Shown: piece by piece, positions 21,374 through 28,948 of the stretch
Numbering within the stretch: the stretch's first letter is position 1
How the letters are laid out: each line of letters starts with the position of its first letter
Source of the DNA: Candidatus Poribacteria bacterium
GTDB lineage: Bacteria > Poribacteria > WGA-4E > PCPOR2b
Assembly (NCBI GenBank): GCA_965116925.1
Contig: OZ220744.1
Location: forward strand, 160,001 to 224,000
Direction of reading: 5' to 3'
DNA length: 64,000 nt
Notes under the pieces: generated by a model
Told to the model about the DNA's origin: nothing
Seen by the model: only the letters and a program-made list of their open reading frames with translations
The model's database searches: none
Translations under genes and position numbers: made by a program

Positions 21374-22291
21374 TTAATCTATCTGTTTGAACATATTAGA
21401 AAACCAGCGTTTATATCTCTTATTATCTTGAACGATTTGCTGTAACAGCTCTAAACTTTCTTTGTGATCCGCAGTCTGTGCGGTATCCACGAGGTCTAAT
21501 ACTTCTTCAAGCACGACCCGATCTTGGCGAATCAGATCTGATAACGCTGTCTTGAGACTTTGTTCATGCCCAAGCAGTGCAAAGATTTTATTGGCGTGGC
21601 GGATCTCCTCCGAAGCCACCTGCTTTAGGTAGGCGGCGAGTTCATGTTGATTTTGCTGTTCCGCCATCTGTGCCAAGATAAACCGCGTACCAATTGAAGT
21701 CAACTTTGCATGTGCCAATTCGTCCAACTCAGCTTCCAGACGTTTTTTCACATGACCCGGATCGCGAGGGTGAAGCTGATCATAACTTGGCCAAACCGGT
21801 TTGTCCATCACCTGTTTCAAGCGCGTCAAACTTTGGATCAGGTCATCCTGTTCCTCTGAAGTCAACTGTCCAATTGTCTGATGCCAGAAATCAGTCGCGC
21901 TCTCTGCTCTGTCCTGAAAAAGCTGCTCAGACTTTTCCGTCAGTTGTATACGATTCTGCCGACGATCCGTATCGCATTTACGACGAATCGTCCACGCATC
22001 GCGCTCTAGGCGGTCTACAAGGCCGGAGACAGTGCTGTGAGCGAGCCCAAGATGTTCTCCTAGTTCGCTGATAGTCATACCAGATTCACCCCCATACCAA
22101 TGGAGGTGCAATAAAGCGTTAAACTGCACGATCGTGAGTTTCTTCGGTACAACCTGCTGCACAAAACGTGATTTCACCGCAGCTTGTGCATGTCGCATCA
22201 CGCGCATAATCAGCATCGCATTTTCAGCATACTTGGACATTTTGTCTATATCTCTTTCAGATTTTTCAAAATTACGTCGTATAACGGACAT
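21374..22291 (-). CDS. MarR-family regulator fused to a ferritin/rubrerythrin-like domain
   Basis: LTIVQFNALLHL...TISELGEHLGLAHSTVSGLVDRLE...DRRQNRIQLT (MarR); C-terminal AAYLKQVASEEIRHA (ExxH) helical domain. Confidence 0.75.
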   Translation of the reverse strand: MSVIRRNFEKSERDIDKMSKYAENAMLIMRVMRHAQAAVKSRFVQQVVPKKLTIVQFNALLHLHWYGGESGMTISELGEHLGLAHSTVSGLVDRLERDAWTIRRKCDTDRRQNRIQLTEKSEQLFQDRAESATDFWHQTIGQLTSEEQDDLIQSLTRLKQVMDKPVWPSYDQLHPRDPGHVKKRLEAELDELAHAKLTSIGTRFILAQMAEQQNQHELAAYLKQVASEEIRHANKIFALLGHEQSLKTALSDLIRQDRVVLEEVLDLVDTAQTADHKESLELLQQIVQDNKRYKRWFSNMFKQID

Positions 22292-22309
22292 AATTCTATT
22301 GTATGCGAT

Positions 22310-22338
22310 ATAATACTATATAATTTTGTTGATGTCAA
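22310..22338 (-). promoter_or_regulatory. Sigma70-type promoter of the MarR-ECF operon
   Basis: Minus strand TTGACA-N17-TATTAT immediately upstream of the MarR gene. Confidence 0.6.
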
Positions 22339-22406
22339 CCCCAAACTGATTAAAATATACACCCGTTCAAGATTAAATCGTTACAATACACAAAGGAAAA
22401 CTGACC

Positions 22407-23954
22407 ATGAAATATTTGACCTATTCTGGCAATCATCTGATTAACGCAAAATTGCCTGATAACTCGGAAATCTACTATCCACAACCGGCAAAACCGGGAG
22501 TGAGCCGCGCCGAAATGCCAGAGCATCTCAAAAAGGCTGTGGAAAATCCACTCGGAATGCCGCCCCTCAAAGAACAGGTCAATGGAAACAGTAAGGTCCT
22601 GATTGCTTTCGATAATAACTGTCAGCCCTTTCCAATGACAAAAAAACCGGATATGCGCCAGATTATGATCGAAGCATTGCTGTCTATGCTCTACTCCTAC
22701 GGGGTCGAGAAGAATAATATACAGCTAATTTGTGCCGGCGGACTTCATCGCAAAATGAAGACACACGAGTTGGCATATATGTTAGGCCGCAAAATTATGA
22801 ACGAGTTTTATCCATATCAGTTAAGAAACTTTGATGCAGAAGATCGTGAGAATATCGTTGATCTAGGCAAGACGGGCAAAGACGAAATCGTTGAGGTCGA
22901 ACGTGCTGTGGTGGAAAGTGATATAGTGATCTATGTTGACACCATCCAAATTCCCCTCAACGGTGGACACAAATCGGTTGCTGTTGGGATGGGGACATAT
23001 AATTCAATCGCCCCACACCACTCCCCACACATGACTGCGGAGAGTCCGCATGTTATGCAACCCGGTGGATCAAACATGCACCATTGTATTGAGCGGATGA
23101 GCCGAGTTATTCAGGATCATAGTAAAATCATGGTTATCGAAGCCGCCATGAATAACCAAATCTATCCCCCAGGGTTTCGCCAGCTGGGTAAGCCAAATGT
23201 GCAATGTAACGGCTTTGAAAAAATGCTAAAAACATTGACACCCCCTTCACTGTCTCTGCTGCCAGAGGCTTTACGGTACAAAATCTTCAAAAGCATCCGA
23301 ACTGATTATGAGCCGATTGAAATCAACGCCGGCACCATTGATGGCGTTCATCCCAAAACCCTTGAAGCGATGAAAAATCAGTTGATGATAGACGTTCCTA
23401 AGCAGTTCAGCACTTTGGTTTTTGGATTGCCCGATATGAGTCCGTATGCTATCGGTGCCCGGATTAACCCTGTCTTGGTTGTCAGTGATATATTGGGGTA
23501 CGTTTTCAACTGGTTTTATAACAAGCCGTTGGTTAAAGAGGGGGGCGTCGTGATTATCTTGAATCCAACCTTTGAAGTCTTCCATGAAGAATATCACGTT
23601 CCCTACAAGAAGTTCTTCGACGAAGTCCTTGCCGAAACCACCGAGCCATTTGAAATGCAAAATCAGTTTCAAGCGCAATATGCCCATGACTCTCATTTAA
23701 TAGATTGCTATCGTAACAAATTCGCGTATCACGGATTTCACCCCTTCACCGTCTGGTATTGGGCGACCTACGCGCTGAAATACCTGTCCAAAGTCATTTT
23801 GGTTGGTCCCAAAGATGACCGCGTTGCCAAGAGATTAGGCGTAGATTGGGCAAAAGATTTAGAACAGGCACTGGGAGTAGCGAAGGAAATTTCCGGCGAA
23901 GATGATGTTGTTGCTTTGACGATGCCGCCATTTCTTTACGTCAACGTCCAATGA
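22407..23954 (+). CDS. Lactate racemase (LarA/DUF2088) domain protein
   Basis: AVENPLGMPPL, AGGLHRKM, NFDAED, NGGHKS; long DUF2088-type protein. Confidence 0.75.
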   Translation: MKYLTYSGNHLINAKLPDNSEIYYPQPAKPGVSRAEMPEHLKKAVENPLGMPPLKEQVNGNSKVLIAFDNNCQPFPMTKKPDMRQIMIEALLSMLYSYGVEKNNIQLICAGGLHRKMKTHELAYMLGRKIMNEFYPYQLRNFDAEDRENIVDLGKTGKDEIVEVERAVVESDIVIYVDTIQIPLNGGHKSVAVGMGTYNSIAPHHSPHMTAESPHVMQPGGSNMHHCIERMSRVIQDHSKIMVIEAAMNNQIYPPGFRQLGKPNVQCNGFEKMLKTLTPPSLSLLPEALRYKIFKSIRTDYEPIEINAGTIDGVHPKTLEAMKNQLMIDVPKQFSTLVFGLPDMSPYAIGARINPVLVVSDILGYVFNWFYNKPLVKEGGVVIILNPTFEVFHEEYHVPYKKFFDEVLAETTEPFEMQNQFQAQYAHDSHLIDCYRNKFAYHGFHPFTVWYWATYALKYLSKVILVGPKDDRVAKRLGVDWAKDLEQALGVAKEISGEDDVVALTMPPFLYVNVQ

Positions 23955-24057
23955 AATTGGGGTTTCCCAACCTGTAATAGTGGGTACAGGTTGCCTAACC
24001 TGTACGGAGTATACGATTTTTACCAGCGAAGTGCGTAACTCCTATCAGAGGTGAAAT

Positions 24058-25668
24058 ATGTCTCACCAAAGAATAAACAAAAAAATACCGACCATTGAGG
24101 AAATTCAGAAGGAGTTTGAGGATTTCGTTAAGCGGAAGTACGGCGGTACTGTCAACTTTACAATGTCGCAGGCAAGACCAGATACAACTACAACTGACGA
24201 TTCAAGTGCCTCCGCCCCTGAAAAAAAGACATTCGATCTGAAATTTGACCTCAAACCGAAGGAAGTCAAGCATTATCTCGACCGTTATGTCATCAAACAG
24301 GATGATGCGAAGAAAGCGTTAGCGATCGCTGTGTGTGATCACTATAATCATGTGCGTGAAGTCCACGAAAATCCGAAAGCTGCTGACACTGATTACTCAA
24401 AGCAGAATGTTGTCATGCTCGGACCGACAGGCGTTGGTAAAACCTACCTGATTCGCCATATCGCCAAGCTAATCGGTGTGCCGTTCGTCAAAGCGGATGC
24501 GACCCGGTTTAGTGAAACCGGCTATGTCGGTGCGAATGTCGATGACATGATTCGAGACCTAGTCACACAGGCAGACGACGATATTGAATTAGCACAATAC
24601 GGTATTATTTATCTCGACGAAGTCGATAAAATTGCGACACCACCGAATATCATCGGACGTGATGTCAGCGGACGGGGTGTGCAGATTGGTCTCCTCAAAC
24701 TGATGGAGGAAACAGAGGTCGATCTCCGCGCCGGTTACGATGCAGCATCTCAGATGCAAGCCATGATGGAGTTCCAACAGAAAGGGGTGGTTGAAAAGCG
24801 GATCATCAATACACGCCATATCCTGTTCATTATTAGTGGGGCATTTAACGGCCTGAAAGAAATCGTCAACAAACGCATGAATCAGAGCAATATTGGATTT
24901 AACGCAACGGTAAAAAGTCAAACGGGGTTGGAGGATCCCTTTCAGTTTGTAACACCGCAAGACTTCATCGAGTTTGGATTTGAGCCCGAATTAATCGGGC
25001 GTTTACCTGTCCATGTTATATGCCAAAACCTGGCCGCAGATGATCTTTACCATATCCTCAAACATTCCGAGGGATCTATCGTCCGGCAGTATGAACGAGC
25101 GTTCGGAGCGTACGGGATTGAGGTGTTGTTTTCCGATGCAGGACTCCATCAAATTGCCGAGGGGGCATACGTCCAAGAAACAGGAGCGCGTGCCTTGATG
25201 ACGGTCTGTGAAAAAACGCTGCGCGAATATAAGTTTGAACTGCCGTCCTCTAGTATCCGCGAGTTCGTTGTAACAGAGGCGGTTGTTAAGGATCCAGCAG
25301 GCGAACTGCAACGGATTCTCGAAGATGCCGACTACAACCGCCGAATGGTCATGCGTGAGCGGGTTCGCCGGTACGAAGAAGGTTTCCAGAACGAACATCA
25401 GATGCAAATTCAATTTGATGATGAAGCGACAGAACTCTTATGCCAAAGGGCGATTGACCAAAGTCGAACGCCAAAGGAGATCTGTGAAGAACTATTGCAG
25501 AGCTACCAACACGGGCTGAACCTTATTCGGCAAAATACTGGGCGGTCTGTGTTCACCTTTACTAAAGCGGTAATGGACAACCCAGATATTATGCTTGAAC
25601 GTTGGATCCGCGACTCCTATGCTGCAAAGTCCAAAGAAGAAAGAAAAACGTCGGAGACGGGGCTTTGA
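24058..25668 (+). CDS. clpX: ClpX-like AAA+ ATPase, atypical
   Basis: GPTGVGKT, DATRFSETGYVG, YLDEVDK, RDVSGRGVQ, IGF loop; no N-terminal Cys zinc finger; extra C-terminal domain. Confidence 0.8.
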   Translation: MSHQRINKKIPTIEEIQKEFEDFVKRKYGGTVNFTMSQARPDTTTTDDSSASAPEKKTFDLKFDLKPKEVKHYLDRYVIKQDDAKKALAIAVCDHYNHVREVHENPKAADTDYSKQNVVMLGPTGVGKTYLIRHIAKLIGVPFVKADATRFSETGYVGANVDDMIRDLVTQADDDIELAQYGIIYLDEVDKIATPPNIIGRDVSGRGVQIGLLKLMEETEVDLRAGYDAASQMQAMMEFQQKGVVEKRIINTRHILFIISGAFNGLKEIVNKRMNQSNIGFNATVKSQTGLEDPFQFVTPQDFIEFGFEPELIGRLPVHVICQNLAADDLYHILKHSEGSIVRQYERAFGAYGIEVLFSDAGLHQIAEGAYVQETGARALMTVCEKTLREYKFELPSSSIREFVVTEAVVKDPAGELQRILEDADYNRRMVMRERVRRYEEGFQNEHQMQIQFDDEATELLCQRAIDQSRTPKEICEELLQSYQHGLNLIRQNTGRSVFTFTKAVMDNPDIMLERWIRDSYAAKSKEERKTSETGL

Positions 25669-25817
25669 GATTGTGAAAGATGAAATAAACTTGACGCACC
25701 AAGATAAAGTGTGCTAAAGTTATAAGGTTGTCTAAAATTGGCTAATACTACCAATCCTTAAGTTATGGAGGCAAACTTTCCACCCTGTTCTTTTTTGAAC
25801 TGTGAGCAAAGAGAAAC

Positions 25818-26768
25818 ATGAAGATTGCTGAAAACCTCATCGGCCTCATCGGCAATACCCCACTGGTTCACCTGAACTACCTACCCGGACCAGACGACGC
25901 AACAATCTTAGCGAAGCTGGAATCGTATAACCCCGGCGGCAGTATCAAAGATCGGATTGGCTATGCCATGATAGCCGACGCCGAAGAACGGGGATTGCTC
26001 AAACCGGGCTGCACAATTGTTGAACCCACGGCAGGCAATACAGGAATCGGGCTTTCGATTGTCGCTATTGCAAAAGGATACCGCGTTACTTTGACCATGC
26101 CAGAGAACGTCAGCCGGGAAAAGTATACTCTGCTTGCCTCTTTTGGCGCAGAGATTATACTAACCCCTGAGGACGCTGGGATGGGAGGAGCGATCTGGGA
26201 AGCTGAGGAAATCATCTCACGGAATCCACACAACTTTATGCCCAATCAGTTTGAAAATCCGGTGAATCCTGAAATTCACCGACAAACAACAGCACGCGAG
26301 ATTCTGGACGACATTGACCGTGAGATTGATTTTTTTGTCGCCGGCGTGGGAACGGGGGGAACCTTAACAGGTGTTGGAGAAGTCCTCAAAACCCATCGAT
26401 CGCAGACTCAGGTGGTTGCAGTGGAACCAAGCATCTCCCCAGTTTTATCCGGCGGCCAGCCGGGGCCGACTCGTATTGATGGTATTGGAGCAGGCAGAAT
26501 TCCAGAAGTGCTGAACGTTAATGTCATCGATCAGGTGATTACTGTGTCTGATGGAGAGGCTTATCGAATGATGCGGCAGATTTCAAAAGCCGAGGGTTTG
26601 CTCGTTGGGATGTCGTCAGGGGCAAATGTCCAGGCCGCATTGGAAGTGGCGCACGGGCTTGGCAAAGATAAAACTGTTGTCACAATTTTACCAGATACGG
26701 GAGACCGTTATTTTAGCCTCGCTCAGTATTTTGAATCAGAAATCGGTGCGGAAGCCGGTTTTGAGTAA
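25818..26768 (+). CDS. cysK: Cysteine synthase (PLP-dependent, CysK/CysM family)
   Basis: IGNTPLV, KLESYNPGGSIKDR, GVGTGGT, PDTGDRY. Confidence 0.92.
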   Translation: MKIAENLIGLIGNTPLVHLNYLPGPDDATILAKLESYNPGGSIKDRIGYAMIADAEERGLLKPGCTIVEPTAGNTGIGLSIVAIAKGYRVTLTMPENVSREKYTLLASFGAEIILTPEDAGMGGAIWEAEEIISRNPHNFMPNQFENPVNPEIHRQTTAREILDDIDREIDFFVAGVGTGGTLTGVGEVLKTHRSQTQVVAVEPSISPVLSGGQPGPTRIDGIGAGRIPEVLNVNVIDQVITVSDGEAYRMMRQISKAEGLLVGMSSGANVQAALEVAHGLGKDKTVVTILPDTGDRYFSLAQYFESEIGAEAGFE

Positions 26769-26866
26769 TGGTGAATTCTAAAAATAAATAGACACTTTCG
26801 CCCCGTTGGTAGGTGCGGTTTTCCCCTGCACCGGTTGGGGGGGCTCATAATTCTTAAGATCCACTA
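26768..26866 (+). repeat. MITE-like element, family C, with internal GTAG-REP
   Basis: atggtgaattctaaaaataaat(a/g)gacactttcgc...gtaggtgcggtttt...gcaccgg; second copy at 37114. Confidence 0.8.
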
Positions 26867-26962
26867 AAAATAGGGAAATGAGTTCGGAAGTTTATAAGGC
26901 ACTCGATTCACCAATTTACTCGTTTATCATGTTCCGTGCATACAGGAAGGATTGGGTATCCC

Positions 26963-27727
26963 TTGAACGAATTAACAAATCAAGATCTGATAAATGAAGA
27001 GCTTTGCTACGAAATTCGTCTGCTCGAAGAACCGCAGGAGATCCTATTTAGCCTCATTAAACGTTTTAAGGAACGGGCCGCAATTGTTACGAGCGGACAG
27101 TTATCCGGAATGATTCTGCTCCACATGGCTTGCGAAAACAAGCTGCCATTTAGAGCCTGTACAATTGACACACTGCGTCTGTTTCCTGAAACCTATGAAT
27201 TCTTCGAGCATGTCGAAGCGCATTACAACATTCGTATTGAGAGGATCACCCCGGAGCCGGAAGCAGTGGATCGAATGGTCATAAATCATGGGGAGTTCCT
27301 GTTCTTCGACAGCAAACAGAAACAGGAATATTGCTGTAACATCAGGAAAGTACAACCAATGCAGCGATTGTTGGATACACTAGATGTCTGGTTTGCCGGG
27401 CTTCGACGAGATCAATCCAGTAATCGGCAAAGCACTCCCAAAGCGGAAATCATCGAGCACAATGGCCGTCCTATACTGAAAGTCAACCCACTGGCGGATT
27501 GGCCCGAAGCACAGATTTGGGAGTACATTCACAAACACGATATCCCGGTGAACCCACTGATGGAACCCCAGAAGTACGGCCAATACTATGAATCGCTCGG
27601 ATGCGTTATCTGCACGACACCAATCCTGCCCGGCGAACCGAAAAGGGCGGGACGGTGGCGCTGGCAAAATGCTCCGTCTGCCGACGAAGATAATAAGAAA
27701 GAATGCGGGATTCACTACGCAATATAG
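26963..27727 (+). CDS. cysH: Adenylylsulfate (APS) reductase, CysH family, Fe-S type
   Basis: IDTLRLFPETY, CCNIRK, GLRRDQS, SLGCVICT, ECGIH; the CC...CxxC cluster ligands indicate the APS type; start could be 26936. Confidence 0.9.
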   Translation: MNELTNQDLINEELCYEIRLLEEPQEILFSLIKRFKERAAIVTSGQLSGMILLHMACENKLPFRACTIDTLRLFPETYEFFEHVEAHYNIRIERITPEPEAVDRMVINHGEFLFFDSKQKQEYCCNIRKVQPMQRLLDTLDVWFAGLRRDQSSNRQSTPKAEIIEHNGRPILKVNPLADWPEAQIWEYIHKHDIPVNPLMEPQKYGQYYESLGCVICTTPILPGEPKRAGRWRWQNAPSADEDNKKECGIHYAI

Positions 27728-27799
27728 AACCTGTCACAATTAAGACCGAATTTTTTTTGGTCACGTTTGACTTAACCTTACAACGAAGGGAGTTTTGCA

Positions 27800-28096
27800 A
27801 TGGCTGTTACCGTACGTATTCCAACCCCTCTCAGAAGGCTCACACAAAATCAGCCTGAAGTTGAAGCAGAGGGAGACACAATTGAAAGCCTCATCGAAAA
27901 CCTTGAGGCAAACTATCCGGGAATCAAAGAACGCATCTGTGATGAAGCCGGTAATATTCGCCGTTTTGTTAATATTTATCTCAACGACGAAGATATTCGC
28001 TTTTTAGATGGCAATGCAACGGCAGTTAAGGATGGCGATGAAATCTCGGTCATCCCTGCAATCGCAGGCGGTTCGTCAGATGATCAAAGAGACTGA
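27800..28096 (+). CDS. Ubiquitin-like sulfur carrier (MoaD/CysO/SAMP family) with C-terminal extension
   Basis: VRIPTPLR, RRFVNIYLNDEDIR, IPAIAGG followed by SSDDQRD. Confidence 0.9.
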   Translation: MAVTVRIPTPLRRLTQNQPEVEAEGDTIESLIENLEANYPGIKERICDEAGNIRRFVNIYLNDEDIRFLDGNATAVKDGDEISVIPAIAGGSSDDQRD

Positions 28097-28568
28097 AGCA
28101 TTAGAGTTACAAAGTGAGACTCTAAATCAAATCTACGCGCACGCAAAAGCCGAATTTCCCGATGAGTGCTGTGGCATCATTTTGAGCGACGGGAACCGGG
28201 AATTCGTCCGGGAGTGCCGGAATATACAGAATGAACGACACGCCGAAGATCCGGATACATATCCCCGCGACGCACGCACCGCATATCTAATAGACCCAAA
28301 CGACTTAATCCGCGTGCACAAAGAAGCTGAAACCGAGAGTCGACCGATTAAGGCATTTTATCATTCACACCCGAATCACGATGCTTACTTTTCGGAAAAA
28401 GATAAAGCGGATGCAACGGCTTGGGACGAACCCATGTACCCCGGGGCAGCTTATGTTGTAGTCTCCATCTATGACCGGGAGGTTAAAACCGCAAAAACTT
28501 TCGCTTGGAATGAGGATGATGCGGACTTTGTGGAAGTGCCGATACACACGAAGCGTGATGCAGAATAG
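28080..28568 (+). CDS. JAMM/MPN+ metalloprotease (Mec-like, M67 family)
   Basis: ECCGII...YHSHPNHDAYFSEKD JAMM motif; overlaps the carrier gene. Confidence 0.9.
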   Translation: MIKETEALELQSETLNQIYAHAKAEFPDECCGIILSDGNREFVRECRNIQNERHAEDPDTYPRDARTAYLIDPNDLIRVHKEAETESRPIKAFYHSHPNHDAYFSEKDKADATAWDEPMYPGAAYVVVSIYDREVKTAKTFAWNEDDADFVEVPIHTKRDAE

Positions 28569-28598
28569 AATCCCTTAATTCAGAAAGGAGTGGCAGAT

Positions 28599-28838
28599 AT
28601 GGCAGTTTTAAGACTTCGTTTGACTTTCCCTCCGGACCTGATCACTGAGCCTATCATCCACAACATCGGTCAGCAGTACAACGTGATCACGAGCATTCGA
28701 CGCGCCGATGTTACGTCTGACCGCGGGTGGGTTATCTTGGAGATTAGGGGTGAGCCTGACGAACTTGAACGGGTGGTTGAGCATCTCACTAACGTGAAGG
28801 TGCAAGTCGAGCCGATCGAAGGAGATGTCGTGCAGTGA
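28599..28838 (+). CDS. NIL domain protein
   Basis: LRLTFP...EPIIH...SIRRADV...GWVILEI...VEPIEGDVV; typical of bacterial sulfur-carrier operons; RBS AAGGAG. Confidence 0.8.
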   Translation: MAVLRLRLTFPPDLITEPIIHNIGQQYNVITSIRRADVTSDRGWVILEIRGEPDELERVVEHLTNVKVQVEPIEGDVVQ

Positions 28839-28890
28839 CATACTCCCACACCCTAAAGGGAGGGGGCATTAGATCGGAAGATTTCGGTAA
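28835..28890 (-). mobile_element. Putative non-autonomous IS200/IS605-derived palindrome (PATE-like)
   Basis: Minus strand TTACcgaaatcttccgatctaatgccccctccctttagggtgtgggagtatgTCAC: hairpin plus a GGGAGTATGTCAC end resembling IS605/IS1341 right ends. Confidence 0.5.
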
Positions 28891-28948
28891 AGAATTTAAC
28901 AAGCGCAGCGCGGGGAGAGCGGGTAAGTACGCAAGCAATTGACTGCTA

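Noticed and set aside
27800..28568. Ubiquitin-like anti-phage system (Bil or type II CBASS-like)
   Set aside because: No E1/E2 or cyclase genes; the context (cysK, cysH, NIL) points to sulfur metabolism
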